A stretch of 64,000 bases of DNA from an uncultured Chloroflexia bacterium. GTDB lineage: Bacteria; Chloroflexota; Anaerolineae; CG2-30-64-16. Numbering within the stretch: position 1 is the stretch's first letter; every line of letters begins with the position of its first letter. Where the stretch lies: contig CAWEMM010000009.1 in the NCBI GenBank assembly GCA_963810095.1, positions 320,001-384,000 on the forward strand, written 5' to 3'. Position numbers and translations under genes: made by a program. A model generated the notes under the pieces. That model saw nothing but the letters and a program-made list of their open reading frames with translations. It was not told where the DNA came from and made no database searches. Positions 56,166-64,000 of this stretch are shown here, piece after piece.

Positions 56166-57659
56166 CTAGACGAGCGACGTCCAGACGGCCTTGACCTCGG
56201 TGTAGGCCTCGATAACTTCAAGCCCATTGTCGCGGCCGTAACCGCTGCCTTTGAAACCGCCAAAGGGCGATGCCGGGTCGAAGCGGTCATAGGTGTTGAC
56301 CCAGACCACGCCCGCCTTGACCGCCGCCGCAACCCGGTGCGCGCGGGCCACATCGCGGGTCCAGACGCCGGCCGCCAGCCCGTAGGTCGTGTCGTTCGCC
56401 CGGGTGATGACTTCCTGCTCGGTTTCGAACGGCAAGACCGGTACGACAGGCCCGAAGATCTCCTCGCGCGCCACCGTCATATCGTCGCGCACCCCGGTGA
56501 GGATGGCCGGCTCCATGTAGCAGCCGCCCGCGTACTCGCCCTCGGTCAGCCGCCGGCCGCCGTGCCACAGCGTCGCGCCCTGGTCCAGCCCGCCCTGCAG
56601 GTAGCCCTGGATCGAGTCGAGCTGGCTGGGGTGGATGATCGGGCCAATGTCGGTCGACAGGTCGAAGGCGTCGCCGATGCGAGCGGCTTTGACCGTCGCC
56701 GTCAGCTTCTCGAGCACCTGGTCGTAGACGGGCTTCTGCACAAACAAGCGCGCGCCTGCGACACAGCTCTGGCCGGTGAAACCAAAGCCCGCATTGAACG
56801 CGCCGCGCACGGCCGCATCGACGTCGGCATCGGCAAAGATGATGTTGGGCGCCTTGCTGCCCAGCTCGAGCGCCAGCCGCTTGAGGTTCCCGGCCGACGC
56901 CTTGATGATGCCGCGGCCCACCGCAGTGGAGCCCGTGAACTGGACCTTGTTGATGCCGTCGTGTTCGGCCAGCGCCGACCCGATCACCGGGCCGGGGCCG
57001 GTCAGGACATTGACCGCACCTTCGGGGAAGCCGGCTTCCTGGATCAGCTCGGCTAGCCGGATGATCGGCAGCGAGGCCCACTGGGCGGGCTTCAGGATGA
57101 CGGTGTTGCCGCACGCCAGCGCGGGTCCCATCTTCTGCACCGCATGGATCAGCGGGTAGTTCCAGGGGATAATGATCGCGACGACGCCCAACGGCTCGCG
57201 GCGGGTGTACACGAAATGGTCGAGCGCGCCGATCGACGGGGTATAGCCCGCAATCTTGCCGGGCCAACCCGAATAGTGGTAGGCCAGCCGAGTGGCGACG
57301 CGGGTGTCGATCATGCGGGTCTTCTTGAGCGGCTTGCCGTTGTCCAGCGATTCGATCTCGGCCAGTTCGCCCGCATGTGCGGTCATCAGGTCGCCCAGCT
57401 TGCGCAGGCAGGCCTCCCGGTCGCCCGGCGCCATCTTGCCCCAGCTCGTCTCAAATGCCTTGCGCGCCGCTGCGACGGCAGCTTCAACCTCGGGCACGCC
57501 GGCCTGCGCCAGCTCGGCCAGGCATGCGCCGTCGGAGGGGTTGTCGGTTCTGAAATGCCCGCCCGACGCCGCGTCCACCCACTGACCGCCGACGAACAGC
57601 TTGAACGGCGAACGTGCGAGGAATTGCTGCGTGGCCAGGCTGATCGGTTCCTTTGCCAT
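56166..57659 (-). CDS. NAD(P)-dependent aldehyde dehydrogenase
   Basis: IIPWNYP, LKPA, FTGST, LELGSK, GQSCVAG, EEIFGPV, FGGFKGSG; own GGAGG RBS. Confidence 0.93.
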   Translation of the reverse strand: MAKEPISLATQQFLARSPFKLFVGGQWVDAASGGHFRTDNPSDGACLAELAQAGVPEVEAAVAAARKAFETSWGKMAPGDREACLRKLGDLMTAHAGELAEIESLDNGKPLKKTRMIDTRVATRLAYHYSGWPGKIAGYTPSIGALDHFVYTRREPLGVVAIIIPWNYPLIHAVQKMGPALACGNTVILKPAQWASLPIIRLAELIQEAGFPEGAVNVLTGPGPVIGSALAEHDGINKVQFTGSTAVGRGIIKASAGNLKRLALELGSKAPNIIFADADVDAAVRGAFNAGFGFTGQSCVAGARLFVQKPVYDQVLEKLTATVKAARIGDAFDLSTDIGPIIHPSQLDSIQGYLQGGLDQGATLWHGGRRLTEGEYAGGCYMEPAILTGVRDDMTVAREEIFGPVVPVLPFETEQEVITRANDTTYGLAAGVWTRDVARAHRVAAAVKAGVVWVNTYDRFDPASPFGGFKGSGYGRDNGLEVIEAYTEVKAVWTSLV

Positions 57660-57676
57660 GTGTCCTCCAAAAACCC

Positions 57677-58863
57677 CTAGCAGGGCAGGTTGAGCGGCTT
57701 CCGCATCTGCGCCAGGATCGCCGCACAGTCCTCTGCGCTCGCCGGTCGGGGATTGTTGCCGAGCAGCACCATCCGGGTCGTCTCTTCGGCGATCGCCGCC
57801 CAGTCCGGCTCGACGCCGTCGTGCGCTTGCGCCTCGGGCAGTTCGCTCAGGGTGGTCGGCAGGCCAAGCCCGTGCACGAACCGGCCCAATGCCGTCGACC
57901 AACTCGTCGTCGCTTGCTCCAGCCCCCAGCCCCATCACGGCCGCGAGCCGCCCGCGACGCTCGGCCGCGATCGCAGGCAGGTTGAACCGGAGGACGTAGG
58001 GCAGAAGCACCGCATTCGCCAGCCCGTGGTGCAGGTGCAGGTGGCCGGTCAGAGGGCCAGAGAGCGCATGGACAAGCCCCAGCCCGGCCTGATCCATGGC
58101 GATGCCGCCCCAGGCGGCCGCCAACATCATGTGCTGCCGCGCTTCCATATCGTTGCCGTCGACGGTCGCCCGCGGCAGCATGCGCCAGGTCGTCTCCAGC
58201 GCTGCCAGGGCCAGCTGATCGGTAAAGGGATTCGCCCGCTTGCCTGTGTAAGCCTCGATCGCATGCACGAAGGCGTCCATGCCCGTCGCCGCGGTCATGA
58301 GCGGCGGCAGCGAGCGGGTCAGCTCGGGGTCGAGGATGGCCGAGTGTGCGAACATGAGCGGGCTGAGCACGCCCTTCTTGAACGGGCGGTCGGGGTCGAC
58401 GATGACCATCACCTTGCTCACCTCGCTGCCCGTGCCCGCCGTGGTCGGCACCGCGAGCACCGGGAAGGCTCCGCTGGGTGATGGGCTTGCCGCCCCATTG
58501 GTAGTCCGGGTAGCTGCCGCCGTTCGCCACGAGCATGGCGATGGCTTTGGCGACGTCGATGGCGCTGCCGCCGCCCAACGCCACGAGGGCTTGGACCCCT
58601 TGCTCCAGGGCGATGGCGAGACCGGCATGCACTTCGGTGGTCGTGGGATTGGTGCTGACGTCGGAGAAGGCGAGCACCGTAAAGCCCGCTTCTTGCAGCG
58701 CGGCGCAAAACCGTTCGGGCCAGCCAAGTTGGGCCAGGCCCCGATCGCTGACGAGAAGCACCCGCATCGCGCCAAGCGCTTTGAGCTGCGTCTTCAGCGC
58801 TTCGACCGCGGGCTGCCCGAAAAGCACCTGCGTGGGCAGCGTGAAAGCAAATGCTGAGAGCAT
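57677..58863 (-). CDS. Iron-containing alcohol dehydrogenase (two frameshifts)
   Basis: ALGGGSAIDVAK, VPTTAGTGSE, DAFVHAIEAY, HALS, HHG. Confidence 0.9.
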
Positions 58864-58893
58864 CGTTCCTCCTCGCTGAGGGTGTGAATCAGC

Positions 58894-60315
58894 CTAATCT
58901 TCGGCCCCAACCGCCATGTCTGCCAATGCGACGGGGTGGATCGGCGGGCGGGGTGTGAAGATCCCGGTCGCATGACGCGAGGCAAGATAGTCCTCGCGCA
59001 GGCCGGCCTCACGCATCAGGATGCGGGCGGCCAACTCGCCACAGATCCGGCCCTGGCAATTGCCCATGCCCAGGCGGGTGAGGGCTTTCAGTTCCGTCGT
59101 CGAGCGGACACCGTCGGCTGCGGCCGCCCGGATGTCTCCCGCGGTCACTTCCTCGCACCGGCAGATGATCGTGTCTTCGTGGGCGAGCTCGAAGATGCCG
59201 GGACCCGGGGTGTAGAACTGCCCGAGCATGGCCGCGAAGCGACGCTCGCGGCGCAACGGGCCCTTCAGACGGTCCACCTTCTGCTGCACCTGCTCGGGGG
59301 CGAGGCGGCCGAGCGACCCGGCGGCCGAATACCCCGCCACCTGCCCTTCCAGCGCGGAGAGCGCGGCGCCGCCGATGCCCGCACCGTCGCCGGCCATGTA
59401 GACGCGGCCGAGCGAGGTCTGCATATTCTCGTCGCGCACCGGCACGTAGCCGCCCCGACGCAGGTCGTACTCGTGCGCGCACCCCAGCAGCCGGCTCAAC
59501 TCGGTGGACGGGATGAAGCCGTAGCCCAGGAGGATCGTGTCGGCCTTGACGACTTGCTCGCTGCCCTTCACCGGCCGCCACGTCTCGTCTAGCCGAGCGA
59601 TCACTGCCTCTTCAACCTGGTCCGCGCCCCGCGCTTCGACCACGGCCCAACCGAACCGGTACGGCACGCCGCGGAGCGCTCGCAGGTAGCTCCAGCCTTC
59701 GCGCACCCGGTCCCACTGCCCCCACATGGCGGCAGCCTGGCGCACGTTCCGCCGGCCCATCGAAGAACCTTCCAGGATGGCGGCAACTTCTGCACCCGCA
59801 CGCACGAGGGACGCGGCAACTGCAAGTTGCAGCGGGCCTGTGCCCGACAGGAGTACCCTGCGACCCGCCAGCACCCGCTGATTCTTCAGGAGGGTCTGTG
59901 CTGCGCCGGCGGTCATCACGCCTGGCAGCGTCCAGCCGGGGAAAGCGACCGGGCGGTCGTATGCGCCGGTCGCGAGGATCAGGGCCTCCGTCGACAGGGC
60001 GGGCGGCGAAGACGGGCCGCTGAGGGCCACCTCCCAGCAGCCCCCCGCAGGGGCCGGGAACGTGCCCCAGACCGTGGTCTCCGAAAGGACCCGGACCTTG
60101 GCATCGCGCAGTTTGCTCATGAGCGAGACGGCCGCGACCTGGTGGTCCGTGCGGTCGTCTGCCCGAAAAGCGGCAGGCAGCTGCCGGAAGTATTGGCCCC
60201 CGGGGCGGGCATAACCGTCGACCAGGACGACCTGTGCGCCGGACTCTGCGGCTGCCACAGCAGCGTTGATGCCCGCAGGCCCTGCGCCGATGACGACGAC
60301 TTCCACCTGTTCCAT
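58894..60315 (-). CDS. FAD/NAD(P)-binding oxidoreductase with BFD-like [2Fe-2S] (HcnB/OoxA/proline-dehydrogenase alpha type)
   Basis: IGAGPAG, ATGAYDRPVAFPGWTLPGV, AGDGAGI, ICRCEEV, GMGNCQGRICG, PRPP. Confidence 0.9.
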   Translation of the reverse strand: MEQVEVVVIGAGPAGINAAVAAAESGAQVVLVDGYARPGGQYFRQLPAAFRADDRTDHQVAAVSLMSKLRDAKVRVLSETTVWGTFPAPAGGCWEVALSGPSSPPALSTEALILATGAYDRPVAFPGWTLPGVMTAGAAQTLLKNQRVLAGRRVLLSGTGPLQLAVAASLVRAGAEVAAILEGSSMGRRNVRQAAAMWGQWDRVREGWSYLRALRGVPYRFGWAVVEARGADQVEEAVIARLDETWRPVKGSEQVVKADTILLGYGFIPSTELSRLLGCAHEYDLRRGGYVPVRDENMQTSLGRVYMAGDGAGIGGAALSALEGQVAGYSAAGSLGRLAPEQVQQKVDRLKGPLRRERRFAAMLGQFYTPGPGIFELAHEDTIICRCEEVTAGDIRAAAADGVRSTTELKALTRLGMGNCQGRICGELAARILMREAGLREDYLASRHATGIFTPRPPIHPVALADMAVGAED

Positions 60316-60320
60316 CGCTA

Positions 60321-60617
60321 TCACCCCGCTCGCGTCTCGATGGCCATGCCGGGGACCAGGGTCGTCATGCACGCCCGCAGGTTGGGCACGCCGTCGATGG
60401 TGACCAGGCAGTCGTAACAGATGCCGATGCCGCAGAAGATGCTCCGGGGCTGGCCGTTCTTGGGCGTGTGGCGGAAAGTGCGGATGCCCTCCGCGAGGAG
60501 CAGGGCAGCGACCGTCTCGCCGGAATAGGCGCTCACGGCGTGCCCGTCAACCTGCACGGTGATCGGCTCGCCGCGCTGGGCGAGGGGCAACTCGGGGTCG
60601 GATTGGGTGACTCGCAT
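60321..60617 (-). CDS. [2Fe-2S] subunit (HcnA/sarcosine-oxidase-alpha N-terminal type)
   Basis: GETVAALL, FCGIGICYDCLV, RACMT. Confidence 0.9.
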   Translation of the reverse strand: MRVTQSDPELPLAQRGEPITVQVDGHAVSAYSGETVAALLLAEGIRTFRHTPKNGQPRSIFCGIGICYDCLVTIDGVPNLRACMTTLVPGMAIETRAG

Positions 60618-60700
60618 ACGAAGCCTCCGGTGGCATTCATGGCGGCCGGTCCAGGTGTGGTGCTAGTCAGGAGCGTGCTCGGCGTAAATCGCCAACATGG

Positions 60701-60742
60701 ATGGTATCACGGGGTCCGAGAAGTGTCAACTGCCAGTTGACA
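60701..60742 (-). promoter_or_regulatory. Promoter TTGACA-17-TACCAT overlapped by the perfect palindrome TGTCAACTG-C-CAGTTGACA (60724-60742)
   Basis: Read directly from the sequence; there is no divergent gene here. Confidence 0.78.
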
Positions 60743-60769
60743 CCGTTCACTCGTTGTAGGCGACCTAGA

Positions 60770-61336
60770 TCAGTTACTCGCCCGGGCGATGGCCGAAATG
60801 TAGTCTGCGGAAGTGTCGCCCAGGGCCCGGATGTTCTCCAGGTAGCGGTTCTCCAGATACATGCAGTCCCCGGCCCGTAGCTCATAGATCTTACCGGCGA
60901 GCGTGATCTCGACGGTGCCCGAGAGGACGACAATACACTCTTCGCCGGGGTCGCCCACCAACTGCTGAAGGGTGTAGCCTGCGGCCGGCTCGAGGCAGAC
61001 GCGGAACAGCACCATTTTGCGCGTGACCTGGGGCGTTAGCACCTCGTAACTGACGTGTGTGTCGGGGAAGACCAGGCGACCACGGGTCTCGGCGCGCACG
61101 ACAAGGTTGTCGGCCGACGTATCGGCCAGGAGGCGCGGCAGCGCGATCTTGAGCGCGTTGGCTATGCTGAGGGCCGAGGCGAGGGTCGGGTTGGCCCGGC
61201 CGCGTTCGAGGTTGCTCAGGAACGTTGCGCTCAAGTTCGTCAGTTCCGCCAGGTCGCGCAGGCTGAGGCCAAGCTCCTGTCGCCGTTCCTTGATGCGCTC
61301 GCCGAAATGAGCGTAATCCTCGGAAAATTCGTCCAT
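60770..61336 (-). CDS. XRE-family HTH plus cupin transcriptional regulator
   Basis: GERIKERRQELGLSLRDLA...LSNLERG..NPTL HTH; EECIVVLSG and AGDCMY cupin. Confidence 0.92.
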   Translation of the reverse strand: MDEFSEDYAHFGERIKERRQELGLSLRDLAELTNLSATFLSNLERGRANPTLASALSIANALKIALPRLLADTSADNLVVRAETRGRLVFPDTHVSYEVLTPQVTRKMVLFRVCLEPAAGYTLQQLVGDPGEECIVVLSGTVEITLAGKIYELRAGDCMYLENRYLENIRALGDTSADYISAIARASN

Positions 61337-61414
61337 GTCATCGTCCTTCGCAATGCAGCATCGCTAAGTCACGAATGCCGCCAATTACGTGTAGTTGCAA
61401 TTCTGTATGTGAGA

Positions 61415-61456
61415 ATCATACCAGACACTGCACGATTCGTCAACCACGAGTTTGTA
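61415..61456 (-). promoter_or_regulatory. Regulator promoter TTGACG-17-TATGAT with a degenerate operator half-site
   Basis: Minus strand TTGACG AATCGTGCAGTGTCTGG TATGAT; CGTCAACCACGAGTTTGTA resembles the island motif. Confidence 0.55.
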
Positions 61457-61649
61457 AATGGACAAACTGTAAGCCCCGAATTCACTAGCTGCTCGGGTCG
61501 CGGCGCAGGGAACCCGCAAACTCAACTCCGCCCCAGTTCCACCAGCCATGCTCTTGGCGGTCGCTCCTCCGGCCTTGGGTCTCCCGGTCGATCTGCTATA
61601 CTTCTTCCCGCGCACAAACGCCTTCCCGATACCGGCACAAGGAGCCTGC

Positions 61650-64000
61650 ATGTCCACTCACCCTTCGGCCACTTGGCCCCTCGGCCTCCAACCCACCATC
61701 TCCCAGCCGCTCCCGCACCGCATGCTCGCCCTGACCGTGCATCGCGATCGTTACGGGCCGCCGGCAGAGGTCATTCACCTGGAAGAAGTGGCAGCGCCGC
61801 GCCTGCGCCTTGAAGACGCGGGCCGTGTCCTGGTCAGCATCCTGGCCACGGGCCCAAACTTCAACACCAACTTCGCCGCGCTTGGGCTGCCGGTGCCCGT
61901 TTTTGGCCGGGGCGACAGCGCCGGCCTGCACATCCCGGGCAGCGACGCCCTGGGCATCGTGGTGGACGCGGGCCCCGCCGTTAAGAGCGTGCGCGTGGGG
62001 CAGGCTGTCATCCTCGACTCGTGGACGGGCCGCAATATCCGGGGGTACGAGACCCACGATGGGTTTAACGCCCAGTTTGCGGTGGTCGACGAGGCGCGCG
62101 CGCTCCCCTTACCCGAAGAACTGCGGCGCCATGCGCCCGAGCAGCTCGCCGCCCTCCTGCTGACTTACGGCACCGCCTACCGGTGCGTGGTCGAGCGGCT
62201 GGAAGTCCGTCCCGGCGACTCGATCCTGCTGATGGGTGGGGGCAAGGGTACCAGCTTCGCCGGCGCGCAGCTCGCCAAGGCCCTCGGCGCGCGGGTGCTG
62301 CTCATGGGCTCCAACCCGGAGCTCGGCCGTGCGCTCATGGCACGGGGCCTCGCCGACGCGTTCGTCGACCGCCGCAGCCTGCCGCCAGGGGTGTTCGGCG
62401 TGCTCGCGCCCGAGACGGACCATGGGGCCTGGGCCGCGCAAACCGAGCCGTTCCGCCGGGCCGTTTATGAGGCCAACGCGGGCCGCCCGGTGGACAAGAT
62501 CTTCGAGCACACGGGGGGGCGCAACTTCCCGTTGCTGGTCTCGACGCTGGCCGAAGGTGGGACGCTGGCTTTCTTCGGCGCGACGGGCAGCGGGCTGAAG
62601 GGCGAGTACAAGAACACGTTCTTCTATGCGGGCCATCGCTGCGTGATCGACGCCCGGTGGGTCTGGATGCGCCAGAAGCAGGTGATCTTCCGCCGCGGCT
62701 CCGCGCGCGACATCTTCTCCGAAATCCGCCTGCCCCCCGGCCGCAGGGGGCTGATCTGGGGCGCAGACGCCTATGCGGCGGAGTTCGCCGCGGCCGCGCT
62801 CGAACGGGGCACGGACCTGGCCGTGATCGCCTCGCATAGCCGGGAGGCTGAGGGCATCGCTGCGCTTGTCCGGCTGGGCGTACCTCAGGGTCACATGATC
62901 GACCGCGACCGGTTTTCGCTGCCTGCGGACATGCCCGATCCCTTGACGGAGGACGGCCGCTCGAACCCCGCCTACGGGCCCGGCTTCATGGACCCCGCGC
63001 GGGACTGGGGCGGGCGATCTGGGATGTGTTCGGCCCGCGTGTCAGCCCGGACTTTGTCGTAGACCGGCCGGACGCGGGCATGCTGCACTTCAGCACGTTT
63101 CTGGCCCGCGACTACGACGAAGCCGACGAGTTCCCGAGCGGTTACGTGATCGTACGCGGCGGGTCGGACTTGTCGATTCGAGGCTCTCACATGTACCGCA
63201 GCGGCCAGGCGCGCGAGGTCGTGCGGCTGTTGGCCGAAGGCCGCCTCGTGATGGAGCCGGACGACCTGGAGTTGGTGGGGCTGGCGGGCCTGCCACAGGT
63301 CCAGCAAGCGATGCTGGACGGTAGGATGACCAAGCCTAAGGGTGCGGCGTTGGTGCAAGCAAGCGGCGCCGGGCGCTCGGTCGCCGAAGTCGAGGCCGCC
63401 TACCTGGGCGAGGCCTTGCCCCGGCTGCCCGGCCCGCTTACCCTCACGTGGAGTGAAGGGGTGGCGATCGTGACCCTGAACCGGCCCGAGGCGCTCAACG
63501 CGCTCAGCGAGGACCTCCTGGCGCAGCTCGAAGCTGTCGTTGCGCAGGTGGAGCGGGACGGGACGGCCGGCGGGCGGCACGTGGACGCGCTCCTGCTGCG
63601 CGGTGCGGGTCGCGCCTTCATGGCCGGCGCGGATGTGACTGGGTTTATGGGCAAGACGGCCGGCCAGATTGCCGCGCTGGCCGCGAAGGTTCTCGACGTC
63701 TACGGCCGCCTCGAAAATCTCCGCGTGCCGGTCGTGAGCCTGGTCGACGGCTTTGCGCTCGGCGGCGGCAACGAGCTCGCAATGAGCACGCATTATCGCA
63801 TCGTGACCGAGAACGCGCAGATCGGCCAGCCGGAGATCAAGCTGGGCATCATTCCCGGCTACGGGGGCATGCAGCGCCTGCCTCGCCTGATCGGGGCGCG
63901 CCAGGCTGCCCGGCTGGCCCTCAACGGCGAGCCCATCGACGCCCACACGGCCGTTGCCTTCGGGCTGGCCGATGCGTTCTGCCCGTCGTCAACCGCGCTG
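61650..64000 (+). CDS. Enoyl-CoA reductase (Ccr/Pcs-type MDR) fused to enoyl-CoA hydratase (frameshift near 63000; runs off window)
   Basis: GPNFNTN, HIPGSD, GYETHDG, DARWVWMRQ and GSH, then in the same open frame TLNRPEALNAL, AGADV, ALGGGNEL, QPEIKLGIIPGYGG. Confidence 0.8.

Noticed and set aside
56166-58775. 869-aa ADH-ALDH fusion (reverse AdhE)
   Set aside because: Artefact of frameshifts in the Fe-ADH gene. The ADH has its own stop at 57677 and the ALDH has its own GGAGG and ATG at 57659.
58894-60617. Hydrogen cyanide synthase hcnAB
   Set aside because: Family resemblance only. There is no adjacent hcnC and the context is catabolic.
8347-63062. Mass pseudogenisation or programmed frameshifting (dozens of frameshifts)
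   Set aside because: The indels are single-base and scattered, often in short G/C runs, while motifs, RBSs and gene coupling stay intact. This fits long-read error and needs read polishing to confirm.

Overview
GC-rich bacterial DNA; gene style, Ala/Pro-rich lipoproteins and intergenic palindrome families suggest Chloroflexota (Anaerolineae-like), which is inference. Many single-base frameshifts in otherwise intact genes look like long-read indel errors. Positions 1-3.2 kb hold the myo-inositol genes iolA/iolD/iolB, followed by a few unrelated genes. Positions ~7.3-61.4 kb form a ~54-kb multi-operon catabolic island. It carries anaerobic purine-degradation-like genes (XDH-family trimer, YgeW-like carbamoyltransferase, YgeY-like M20 hydrolase, dihydropyrimidinase, four SsnA/COG0402 deaminases), two pteridine-reductase-like SDRs, a W-type aldehyde:ferredoxin oxidoreductase, a UbiD decarboxylase, two divergent Mch (methenyl-H4MPT cyclohydrolase) homologues with no other methanopterin genes, two TPP dehydrogenase complexes, two Cys-less DHOD-like flavoproteins, a BMP-type ABC transporter and an XRE-cupin regulator. 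Most promoters of the island share a 19-bp palindrome TGT(C/A)AA-N7-TT(G/T)AC(A/G) overlapping the -35 box. The best candidate for a new system is this co-regulated N-heterocycle (pterin/purine-like) catabolic regulon with repurposed Mch enzymes. The window ends inside an enoyl-CoA reductase (Ccr/Pcs-like)-enoyl-CoA hydratase fusion. No rRNA, tRNA, CRISPR array or transposase was seen.
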